Shown here: positions 50,002 to 62,699 of the stretch, piece after piece
How the letters are laid out: each line of letters begins with the position of its first letter
Position numbering within the stretch: the first letter of the stretch is position 1
Assembly: GCA_016748015.1 (NCBI GenBank)
Contig: JAAOMT010000481.1
Span: forward strand, 5,061-69,060
Direction: 5' to 3'
Origin: Geosiphon pyriformis uo1
Lineage: Eukaryota; Fungi; Glomeromycota
Length of the DNA: 64,000 nucleotides
Notes under the pieces: model-generated
Seen by the model: only the letters and a program-made list of their open reading frames with translations
The model's database searches: none
What the model was told of the DNA's origin: nothing
Position numbers and translations under genes: made by a program

Positions 50002-50870
50002 TTTTACACTGTGTTGACAGTTAAATATTCAAAGAGTTATTGAAATTAATAATAGTGGATATATAAGTGATTATATCACTTCAATCTATGGGATTACGCA
50101 AAATGCTGAAACAGTCAAATATGGAATTGTGATGGAGTTTGCTAAACATGGAGATATGCGAAAATATTTATCAAAAATTTTCATTATATGAGTGGGTTGG
50201 AAAAATTAAGGATCGCATGGAAAATAGCTAATGGACTTTCTTTAATTTATACTTATCGTATGGTTCATCATGACTTGCGCTAGGGCAACATCCTACAAAA
50301 GGATCTACAATCGGTACGAATTGGAGACCTCGGATTATCTCAAGCAATAAACTATGAAGCAACAACAACAGAAAAAAAAAAGATACATGGAGTTATTCCA
50401 TACATTCAACCAGAAGTCTTAAGAAAAGAAAAGCTTACTTCAGCTGATAATATTTATAGTTTTGCCATGTTATTATGGGAATTAGCAACAGAAAAGCCTT
50501 CTTTTCATGATCGTTTTCATGACCACCTTCTTATAATGGATATTTTGAATGGTTAAAGACCTAAGGTTACTTCCTCACTTATTCCATTTTGTTTTGCTGA
50601 AATAATTGTAATGTGTTGGGATGCTAATTTTAAAAATCGTCCTACTGCGGAAGAAGTTGGGAGAATTTTGGACGTTCTATAAGTGGTGCAAGTATAACTC
50701 TGGAAATCCGACGTCTAGATATCGAAAGTTTATAGAACAGTCTAAAACTGAGAAAATGGAACAGTTTTTAGTATCAAAAAAATGGCAGAAGGTTAAACAA
50801 CGACAACGAGCATACATCGAGGAGCAGTTTATAGAAGTTGTCTTTTAACTTTGCAAATGATTGATTTTTC
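49770..50870 (+). pseudogene. Tyrosine-kinase-like (TKL) protein kinase pseudogene
   Basis: EVAIKIM, intron 49907-50020, IYGITQ...YGIVMEFAKHGDMRKYL, a frameshift at ~50180, MVHHDLR*GNIL (TAG at 50281), IGDLGLS, GVIPYIQPEVL, IYSFAMLLWELAT and CWDANFKNRPTA. The Gly-rich loop is missing. Confidence 0.9.
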
Positions 50871-53800
50871 TAAAGATTACTATTTTAGAAATCCTGATTA
50901 AAAATTTTCAATAAAAAATGTTTTGAAAGAATGTAATAAAAGGAATCACAGCTAATTATTATCTTTGATAAATATTTTATCTCTAAATTAAATTTATTTC
51001 TATTTATAAGTGTTTAATATTAACCTTCATTTACAGTTTTAAATCTACCAATATAATGTAAAAATTGATATAAGATCTTTAACATCAATGATTAAATTAG
51101 CAAAAAAAGCAAATAATTTAATTTCAAGTGGATCATAATAAATATACATTTATTTTAATCTTTTATCATCTGATTTTCATTATCAGAATAAAATTTGATG
51201 ATAGTAAACTCTTTATTTGGAAAAATATTATAAAATATTATTCAAAAAAATATTTTTTATAAATTTTTGCCTTGATAAATATTGGAAAATTTTAATTATT
51301 AATAATTTAAACTCTTTTATATATACCAAGTTTTAAACAATAAATCATGTAAGTTAAGATTTAATAATAAGGTTTTGAAAAAAATTACACATAGTAATAG
51401 ACTTGGTTACTATTATTTAAGAACCAATTTCATATTTTTAATTTCATAAATTAATAAACTATTTTTTTGGTTAATCTTAAAAATATTTCCAAAATTTAGA
51501 AGCAGTAATTATTATACAATAACGATTAAATTTGAACACTTAAATTATAATTATAATTTTCATTATTTTTAAAAATTTTAGTAAAAAATTTAACAAAAAT
51601 AGTTAATATAGCAACAAAAAAAATTTATTCAAAAATATATAAATCTTACATATATCAAAAACATTTTTTTCTTAAAATATTATTTTACCTCTTTTTAAAT
51701 AGTTTATAATAACTATTTCTCAAAATTATTACTCTTATAAAAAAACAAAATATTTACTTTTATTAATATTTTAATAGTTATTATAATTTAATAAAAACTT
51801 TAACAGTGTTTTAATAAACCAAACAATAATTATATTTTTTACATAAAAAATACTTAATAAAAAAAAACAAAGCTCAAAACAACAAAAGCAAATATTTAAT
51901 AAATTTTAAAACAGTTGAATTAATAAACATTTATTACAAAATTAGAACAGCTTTTAAATTCTACAACTTATTTAATACTTATAAAACATTTTATAAAATT
52001 TAATATTACAACCAATAAAAATTCAATATATTGAAAAGTTTATAAAATTAATATTTTAAAAATTCTCAGACCAAATTGTCTCAATAATTTTGAAAAATTA
52101 CAAACAATACTTTGACTTTAATAAAATTTAGTCATAAAAAAAAATTATATTACTCAAGTAAAAATTAAGTTATTAATTAATATAAAATTGTTTTTATAAT
52201 TCTATTATTAATTAGTATATAATATTATTTTTATTTTATTATTTTTTATTTTATTAAATTATTATATAATATTATATAATACCCAAGTATAACTAAATAT
52301 AATAATCAAATTATATAATATTTTAAATAAAATAATATTTAAAAATTTGCCAAAATATATATTTAAATACCAAAAATTTTATTAAACTATTAGCAAAAAA
52401 ATACTAATAAAATATATAAAAAAAAGTTTTCTTTAAAAAAATTTTAAGTTAGAAATAAACACATAAAATAATTAGTTATTACAAATAAACAAAATAAATT
52501 TTTACTTTTTATAATTATATTGCTTTAAAATTTACAATTTAACTAATATTTTGAAATTAATCAGTTATTAGCTTTAATAACAATTTAACTAACTTCAATC
52601 TAAACAAAAAACTATTTTTTTTGTTTAAAGTCCTTTTTTTTTAAATTATTAAAAAATTTATAGTCAAGTTTCTTATAAAAAAGTTAATTTTTATAACAAA
52701 ATAATTACATATAAAAATTGGAAAAAATTTACAATCAAAGATTTTTGCAGAAAAATTAACTTTATTGCAAAGTAACTATATTAAGTAATTAGTACAGAAT
52801 TGATTATTTTATTATAAGTCTAATAAAATATATAGTTTAAAGTATAAAAAATACTTTAAAAATAAATTAGCTTATTAAAAATTTAACAACTTTTATTAAA
52901 AGCACACAATTAATAATTTTTTAATATTAACAATATCTTAAAAAATGATTAAATATTAAATAATAATATATTATATTATAAACTTTATGTTTTTAAAATA
53001 CAAAAAATTAAACTTATTAAATTTATTTATAACAACTTAAAGACTATTAACATTATTTTTTTGTCTTTAAATAAAAATAAACTATTTTTTTAACATAAAA
53101 ATCTGGTCTTCTGTTTTTTATTATTGTTATTCTTAAATTTTTGTTTTAATCTATTTTAATAAGAAGTATTTTGTATTAAACTTTTGTAAAATATTTGAAA
53201 TAAAAGTTTAATTAAACAATTAATTCTTTAGTATATTACATTTTTTGTTGTGTTATCTAAATTTTGTTTTTTAAATACGTTTTGCTAGATTATTTTACAT
53301 TTATTTGAATTTATTTGAATAAATTCAACAAACTAAAAAAAATTTCTTTTTTTTATAAAAAAATACAACCAATTTTTGTATAAATAATATATTAATAAGA
53401 GATATAAAATTATTTGCTTAATTTAAAACAGTATTAAATAATTAAATAAAAACATATTAAATTAAAACAGTTTTATTAACTTGTATTTTATTGTAACTTT
53501 ATTCTTTACAAATAATAAATAATATGAAAAACTTAATATGCTAAAAGCAAAAAAAAACATAGAGTATTTCATAAAATTGAAAATACAACAGTTTAAATTA
53601 AATGTTTCATAAACAAAAAACATATTATTATATTTACTTTACACTATGTATATATTACTTTATGTTTCTAAATGCAAAAGATTTTTGAAAGAAAAATAAT
53701 GATAATTAAAAGTAATTTTTACAAATTTTTTATTCTATTTTATTTTTCAATGCCCAATTCATAAAGTTATTATTAGTCTTAATTATTTTTATCAATATAT

Positions 53801-54899
53801 TTTGTAATTTTTGTATTTATACTCTTTACTTATTCTTATTTACTTTTAAGTTTTTTATTTCTTTTTTTAGCTTTTTCTTATCCTCTATTTTTCAATTTTT
53901 TGGTTTTTATTATAATACTTTTTCTTTCTCAACTTTTTTTTTAATTTACTTAACTTATTTTTTTTTGTCCAACTTTTTACTTTATTATTTCAGCTTCTTT
54001 ATGTATCTTTTATATTGGGTCATTGCCACTTCTAATTGATGTTTGATAGCTTTAATAGTGGTCGTGATGTTTTGTGTATTTGTTATGATTTGAAAAAATA
54101 TGGTTAATATATGTGTGGTTATGTAAGTAATATTTCAGATCTTTTATCTATTAGTATAAATTACTATTTAGATAACAAAGCCACTTTTATTAAATAGCCC
54201 CTACAGTATGCTTTGTAATATGAATGTTTATTTTAATGTGTAAAATTCATTAATAATATTGTTCATTTTTTTCTCCTGAAGACATAGCCCAACGAATTAT
54301 TAAATATTAGACTGGAGCCAATTAAGACTATTAGTTACCACCACAGCAAACTTTCTATTGGCTACTAATTTCTCCAAATATGTTGCCTATGTTAGTCACC
54401 ATCTGAAACGGCTTGCACATGCCCATGGCTCATCAATATTGTTATTTATTTTTTAATTTAAATATTAAATTAACTTTCAAGTCATTATTGTATTATATAT
54501 TTTTAACATTTAATATTGTAGCATAATAATATTTAAATAATAATATTAAAAAAATATTTGGGGCATGCTGCAACAAAACCAGACAAAGTGAACATTTGAC
54601 GGCATTAACGGATATTTTTAATCCTTGGTTTGGTGGCACAACCGTGGCTCAACATAAATTTATCAACTATTAAAGACAGTTTGATTTACCTCTGAACCCT
54701 TTTTCTTTGACGATAAACAAAGATTACTTCAAACACATAAATCACTAATTAGTATGGTTAGAACTATTCGTACGAATCTAGCCATGTCAAAGGTATGTTA
54801 AAAACATCAATCACAGGGGCAACAATCAGACAATCTGATTTGATGCGTGCGATTGTTCTGCAACGTGATATGCCCCATGATACAAGGGAGCACAGCAAG

Positions 54900-54907
54900 A
54901 TATAAAC
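54900..54907 (+). promoter_or_regulatory. Candidate TATA box of the NTPase-nuclease gene
   Basis: TATAAA at 54901-54906 in a locally GC-richer context, followed by a pyrimidine tract and aacATG at 54948. Confidence 0.4.
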
Positions 54908-54947
54908 GCGCTCACGTTCTTTTGTTTCCTTCTCATAACTTGACAAC

Positions 54948-57900
54948 ATGAACCAAGTCAATTGGGAATTTGTTAATCAATACGCTCGACAGAATCCTAA
55001 GGCTACATACGACGAAATTTACGCAGAGTGCCTCAAGACACAAAAAGGTAAGCAAGGAAGCAATGCACGTTTATTAGGAAAATGTTACGAATCTTGACAA
55101 CACAATAGTTGGGACGAGTTGAATCGTAGCAGAGCTAGGTTATATGTAAACTCATTTCAAAGGTGAACTGGAGGAGACAAGAGACATTATGGGTTAATAG
55201 AGGAGCAACGGGGGTTCGTAGAATAGCCATGGGGGTCTACAGAGTGAGAATAGTTGGAATGCATTACGACACGCACGTTGAGAGGAGTATAGAATAGAGC
55301 ATTGTCGTAAAGGTTAGGTTATACGTAAACTCGTTACAAAGATAAACTGGAGATATACTATTTATGCGTTTGGGTTAAATAGAATAGGAGCAACAGAGGG
55401 AGAATAGTTCGAATGCTGTTAGAATAGGCGTAGCAGCGCGCAATGTTCTTCTATTTTCATTTATTTGAGAACGTTGGATATTAGTTCGAAGAGTAGTCGA
55501 AACGCGTTACTGGGCATTTATTTGATCACTCATTCTGATATTTTCGTCGTATTCATTATATCTCTTCCTACATATTCATCCGTCGTGGAAATTTATTGAT
55601 ATTTTGACGCTACATTTTTTCGGTATATTGCGTAACATTCGTTTCTATCCATACTCGTGTTCCTTCATAGCCGTTGGTGAGCAACCTTCTTCATATTCGC
55701 AATGTACTTTTGCAAAATTTATGTCGCTATTCATTATCTCTCAAATAATCGCTTGTACACGCATCGCAGACGCTAAATAATGATTTTGCCTATTCCATAC
55801 CTTTGGTGTCGATCCTATATCTTTTAGATCCAAATTTGGGTTACTGGTTTGGTTATAGGGAGTACGCCGCCGTGGAGATAGCATTTTCGGACTCGGAGTA
55901 CTGCGATCCTTATGGCGTTGCCAAAGCGTTCTGCCAACACGTTGACAAAAACATGACGGAGTGGGATCCGACAGAGTACGACTCACCGTACTGTGACCTG
56001 ATACAAGCTTCCGGCTTTGGAAAGTCTCGACTGATGGTAGAGATCGGGAAAATTTTACCCATTTCGTATGTTTGCCTTCGCAGAGAAGACAGTGGCGGAT
56101 CACCTCGTTGTCCAATTGCCGATATCTTGACCGGACAGAGAAAGCTTAACGATGGAACCGGACGAGATGCCGACATGGTCAAAGTATATGTTGCATATTT
56201 TTGTGCAATATTTGAGCGCATCCAGTTCTTTTTCCATGAAATGATCGCCGAAGGATTGGCAGAACGCTGGATCCAAAAACAAATTTCCAAAAAATCATCA
56301 ATTGTTTTTTGGTTCGCAGTGGAAGCGAAAATGAGAGAAATTATTGTGCAGCTTCCGTCTTTGAATGCGAATGCGAATGGCCCCACATATTTCACAGAAT
56401 TAAAAATGGTTGTGTCTAAATACTGGAAGTCAACGAGAACATGCTTGGAAAGACCCTGGATAATCGATAGTTATGAAGTCAAATCACGATTCTTGTTTGT
56501 TTTTGACGAAGCAAGGATCCTAAATGAAGAGAATGGACAGACCTGGAGCAACTTCGAGTGTTTGCGATACGCCATGGGAACACTTCCTGTAAACGGTGAA
56601 GGTGGAGGAGTGTTTTGTGTTTTCTTGGACACTACTTCCAAGATCCATAATTTAAGTTCATTTCGTCTGCAAAAAAAAGGACGCAAACTGTTTCCTCCAT
56701 TCACTGAAATCGCGTTTGTCGATCTTTCTGCCACAGACTCGCCGCAAACCTTGGCTGAATCAGCTCTACCACAGCACTTTTTTAAATTCGGAAGACCATT
56801 ATGGACGGCTTTGCATAGATCTGACCGTCTCGCACCAGCCGCCGTCATATCATTCGCGAGAAGCAAGCTAATCGGTGGCATGGATTACAACGGCTGGCTA
56901 GATAAGAAGAATGGAGAACGGATCAATGATCTGGAGTGCCTTGCAATTCTTGGTCCTCGTCTTTGTCTGGACATTGTTCCTCAAAGCGAATTGGCCTCAA
57001 CACTTACTTTAAGCTACATGCGTCCTTGTTTCTACATCAACGACGCTCGAACCACAATTATGACAGGATGCGTATCAGAAGCAACACTCGCAGAAGCTTC
57101 AGCGCAAATCACCGGTGAGTCTGAAGGGGTTGGGTTGGTAAGAGTTCTGAATCCTCTCATAAACATGATGAAGGAAGGACTGATCGAGAGAGGATACCAA
57201 GGAGAAGTGGTTGCGCGCCTTATTTTGTTACATGCGTGGGACCGTGCTTGTGGTGCATTGCAGTCGTTGAATAGCGTAGAGAGTTCGAATTGGTTTTCTC
57301 GTCCTATGCCTCTGGTACACTACCTGAGATATCTCCTTAAGTATAATGTCTACTGCGATGTGATTTGTAAGATGGATGAAGACGACATTAAGAAGAAGTT
57401 GTTGAAAGCATATATTCGATTTAACCATTTCATTGCGATCACCTATACACCGCCTCCCGAACATATTCTTGCAGCACTTAAGCGCGGCACTGCTTTTGTC
57501 TGCAAGCGAAATCAACAAGGGACAGACTTGATCATTCCTTTGGTAATGGACATTGGGATCCATGACCTTATGACGTTGGACAATATTTCGTATGTTCTGG
57601 TCTCTGTGAAGAACTATCAAAAGAGCAAAGATATTAACTACTTCAACAATGCGACAAGCATAAATTATCCGTCAAATGTCGGAATCGAACAATTACCCAC
57701 CTTGCCTTTCTTATCGCTATACATGCAATTCAGTACTAACTTGGCAGGTGTAGATGAGGAATATTACTTCCCTCAAGTTGGTACAATTACTGGAACCACC
57801 GAGGCAAAGATAGTGGAGATTCAAAGGCGTGAAAAAAATGAAGAACTTTCTGGGAGTTTGCTACGGAAACGGAAATGCGAGTCTAATTCTGAAGATAGCG

Positions 57901-58358
57901 AAGTGAACTACAGCGATGAGCTTGCATACAGACATTGTTATCAGTTTGCAGTCGGATTGTTTGGTCTCACTGCATATGATTTTTTGCAGGAAAATGATAG
58001 CGGGAATCAGTTGCTGAACACTGTTCAACGATTGCTAGTGGCTTGGGAGGATCCTGTCGATTGTCAAACGGATGAAAAGGAGCATTTCCTGCTTCGGCAG
58101 ATGCAACCATTGGTGTATACGTCAGAAGAGCCTGCTATAAGTTCGCGATCCCAGTCGACCAGCCAGTCGACAACTCCTAGAGTGAAAACTAGTGTTCATC
58201 GTGAAACCGTAGAAACCGGAAGTTCTTTGACACCAGCCTCTTTTGATTCAATAGACCAAAAACTTATTCCTAATCAGCAGAAGCTTGAAACGGACATCGC
58301 ACAAGCCATTGAAGAAGCCGAGAGGTACCTCCAGGAGAAAGCAACAAAGACAACATAA
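54948..58358 (+). CDS. Crinkler/RHS-type P-loop NTPase + PD-(D/E)xK-like nuclease protein, copy B (exons 54948-55047 and 55828-58358, 876 aa; possible 6-nt micro-exon at 55671-55676)
   Basis: Exon 1 MNQVNWEFVNQYARQNPKATYDEIYAECLKTQK ends at G|GTAAGC (phase 1) and joins in frame to CTTTTAG|AT at 55828, giving 100+2531=2631 nt. Motifs are as in copy A (QASGFGKS, FVFDEAR, GRPLW, GYQGEVVARL, NQQGTDLIIP, LVSVKN). Confidence 0.82.
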
Positions 58359-61300
58359 GTTGTAGATGCTGTGTATTTCCAGACAGCTATTAGTGAAACT
58401 CAAAAATTAAGTCACTGTCAGTTTGTAGAAACTAATCTAATTACATGCATAAACCATGAAAGGATATAGGATTATAAGTATATATATATATTACTTTAAA
58501 GCAGTTCTTTATTGCTTGCATATTCATTATTGTAATTGCAAAAAAGAAAAAGTAATAAAATTTATATATAGAATTACCCGTATATAAAAAGTTCTAATTA
58601 TAACATTTTTTACCGAATATGAAATGGCAATATGTTTCTTGGATTTAGGTTGTAATTGTGGTTGCTCAAAAAGAATTCTAAAAGAAAAGTTTGCCAAATT
58701 ACGTGAGGTATTTCAAGCTCTCTCTAAATCTAAACAAGATATATTTTTAATGCTAGTTCAAAAGCAAAAAATAGTGGAAAAATAAGTGCCAGCCAATGTG
58801 TTAAAAAGAAAATACATACTAATAAGCGAATATTTTACTACTGAGATCACAATACACTGCTTTGTCAGAAAACATATCTCAATATGTTGAGAATTGGCCA
58901 CACTCATTTGGAAAATATCAGAAATTATCTAACAACAAATAGCATAATACCATGCATTTATAGTAACATAAAATGAATGCCATAATGAAAAACCAAGATA
59001 ATTATTGATAAAATTGTTGCTACATGAAGAATCTTTTCAAAAATTATGTTAAAATACCTAAATTACCAAGTCCTGGTAGAAATTTTAACCAAATACTTGA
59101 TTACTTATACTTTTTTCAGCTAAAATAAGTTATAAATTTTATTTATTATGATTTTATTACAGGTTACAAAAGCAATAGCATGTTAAAATTGAAAAAATAT
59201 TATATATTTCACAAGCTATAACATCAACTAATGCTTTATATTCAAATTATAAGTCCAAAATGAATTATGTAATACATGTTCACATTTTTGATATAAATTA
59301 TAATACAATGACTACAAGAAAAAAAAGCAAAAAATTTACTAATAAAATATAAAAAACATTTAATTAAAGTTAAATTGAAGAAATAATTATAACAAAAATA
59401 TAAAATTAGCAAAATAATAAAAAAATTTGTAGATAAATATTTTATGATAAAAGATAAAGCTAATTATTATAGCATTAATATTATAGTTTATTATAGCTAT
59501 AATTGAGATATAAATAGAATTTATTATTTTAACTCATGTAAAGTATATTTATTTAATAAATTAAGACAATATATAAATAAATTAATTATATTTTTGATAA
59601 AAAAAAATTTAATAGCATATTAAACATAATATTTAATAAAATTGAATAAAGATAAAAAACATTTAAAAAATATTTTTGATAATATAAAAAACAAAATAAT
59701 AATAATACTATTATTTGATTTTATTTATATTTAACAATTTGCAGCTATTATAAATGTATTAAATTAAATATTATAATATTTAAACATATTAAATTTAAAT
59801 ATAATGACAATTTTAGATTAATTAAGAATATATATTACAAAATAACTGTAAATTTTATGAATTATGTAATTAAAGTTATAAAAAAGTCTAATATTATTAG
59901 AATAAATAAAGCATAATATTATAATAATAAAGTTAATTTTTAATATTTTGATATTATAAGTAATTTGAAAATTTATTAAAATAATTATTTAGTTTATAAA
60001 AGTTTTAGCATTTTTTGTTTAGCAAAACCAAATCTGATATAATCAAAATTAAATAATTTTTTTAGAAATTCAGACTTTTAAAAATTGGTAATTCAAAGCA
60101 AAAAATCAAAATCTTGTTATTTTTTGTACTAGTGTTTTTTAATAAAGTATAAAAGACAAAAATATTTTTATAATTATATTTAGCCTTTTTTAAAGATATA
60201 TTTAAAAATATTACTTGTTTAAAATTATAAAATAAATATTAAAAATTTAATTAATAAATTATTAGTCTTAAATACTATTTATATTAATTAAAATAAAAAA
60301 AGCTTATTTTAATAAAAAGTCACCAGTTATTAACGCAAAAAAATTCGCTAATTGTTTTAATATAAAATTAATACATTAAAAAATCAATAATAAAAATTAA
60401 TTTTACTATTGAAAATAAATCAAAAATTTTATTTTGATTTATTAATTATAATAATTATGTTTTAATTATTTTATTTATAATTATTTAAAATTTAATAAAT
60501 ATTATATTATATTAAATTAAATTAAAATTACAATTAATATATATATAAAAATAATATATATTATATTATTGTCAATATTAGTGATTTTAAAAATGAAAGT
60601 TTTTGTTAAAGCTATAAAAAAATATAAACAAAAAATTATTTGAAAAAAATAATAATAAAAAAATATAAAAACAAATAGTATTAATTTATTTTTTGGCTTA
60701 ATTATTCTAATTATTTTAAATTATTAAAAAATTTTATAAAAAACAAAAAAAGTAAACTTAATGTTTTAAATAATAATATATGTTTATTTTATTACAATAT
60801 GTTTTATTTTTTGAATATTAATTTTAAATCGAACATAATTTATGTATTTTCTATATATAATTTGGTATAAGTTTAATTAAAACTAAATAATATTAAAATT
60901 ATTCATAAAAATATATTATAATTAATAATAATATTATTAATATATATATTTTTATTATTATTAATATTATAATTAACATAAAACTTACCAATTTTTATAT
61001 TTATTCTGTGTAACATACAATAAAAATTATAATATTTTTCTTAATAATAAAAACATTTTTTCTAATTTAATATACAAAACAAAAAAGTATCAAGCAATTT
61101 AAAAATTAAATAAATAAAAACACTAATAAGTTTTATAATAAATTTAACTAATAAGATTAATACAATTTTAAAAAAACCAACTAAAAACAAATTTTATAAT
61201 TAATAATAATAGCAGCAAAAATAATTAAAGATAAAAATATCTTATAATTTATGACCAAATAATTTGAACTTTAATATTTATAACTGTGATAATATTTAAA

Positions 61301-62699
61301 AATTTTTATTAAATATAATTTTTATATAAAGTGTTAATTTTTAAAACTACTATATTTAAAATTTTTAATAACTTAAAAATTAGAACAGCAAAGTATTAAC
61401 AATAATAAAAATTTAATTACTAATTTAAAAATCAAATTATTAATTTTAAAATCTGTGCAACCAAAAAAAAAATTGATTAACTTAATCTTAAAATTATTTT
61501 TTGATTGAACAAAAAAAAGTTTTTAATGCTGTTTTTTTACCAATACAAATTAAAAACCAAAAGCAACAGCAATAAAAAATTTTTTAAACTAAATAATAAT
61601 ATATTATTATAAATTTATAGATTTTAACTTAACAAAAAACACTTTATTATTAAAAAATATATTAAAAAAATATTATAAAATACAACAAAAAAAAAGATAA
61701 ATAAATTATTACAGAAAACTTTTAAATTTTATACATAATTAAAAAAAATTATTGATAACAATTTTAATAATAAAAACCAAAAAAATTTGAAAATAAAATC
61801 TATACAAAACAACTTAATATTGTTTTTAAAAATTAATTTATATTTAATCCAATTAAATTTTGAATGTATATTAAGTATTAAATTAAAAACTATTATTTAA
61901 AAAATTTTTTATAACTAGAAATTGTTATTTAAAGGCAGTATTAAAAAACAAAAAAAAATAATTAATTTGGTTTCTATTTAGTCAATCTAATCTTTAAAAT
62001 TAAGTGATTTTATAAATTGATTAATTAAAAATATATTTAAAACCATATTTTGTTTTGCTTTTAAAATTAGCAATAATTTGTTTAAAAATATTATATTTAA
62101 CAATACAATTAATAGTTAATTTTGGTTTATAATAGAAAATATATTATTATTATTATTGTTTATATTAGAAAAAAATTAATTTTTATAATAAAAACAAAAA
62201 AAACCAGTTTTTTAATTAGTTTATTATTAAATATTTTAAGGCTTTTAAAACAAGTAGAAACAACATTAAAACCAATTTAAATTTGTTTCTTTAAAAAAAT
62301 CTTAGCTAAAAAAATACTAGTCAAAGAAAAAAATGCTTTAGAAGTTGTTAAAAACAATTTTATATTATTAATATTTAAAAAACATATATTTAAAATATTT
62401 TGCTTAATAAAAAATGTTTTTTTTGTTAATACTTTTTTAATTAATTTTTATTTTATTGTTTTTATGTTATTATTATTTTTATTAACAAATTTTAAATATT
62501 AATAAAATATAATTTAAGTGTTTTTTACAAACATAAAAATAAAACATTAATATTATACTTTAATAATTTATTTAAAATTAATTAACAAAAAATTTTTATT
62601 TTTAATATGTATAATTTTATTATTATTTATTAAAAAACAATAGTAAAATATTTAAAAATAAATATATTGGTTAAAGAAAAAAAACTCTTTTTCTTGTTG

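Larger units (their letters stand above)
50900..62663 (+). repeat. Segmental duplication, copy B (direct repeat of ~23196-33891)
   Basis: See copy A. This copy retains 51958-55654 (including the promoter and exon 1 of the NTPase-nuclease gene), which copy A lacks. Confidence 0.9.

Noticed and set aside
54413-54573. Short inverted repeat ttgcacatgccc / gggcatgctgcaa upstream of copy B
   Set aside because: It is only ~12 bp with an indel and has no TSD, so it could be chance.
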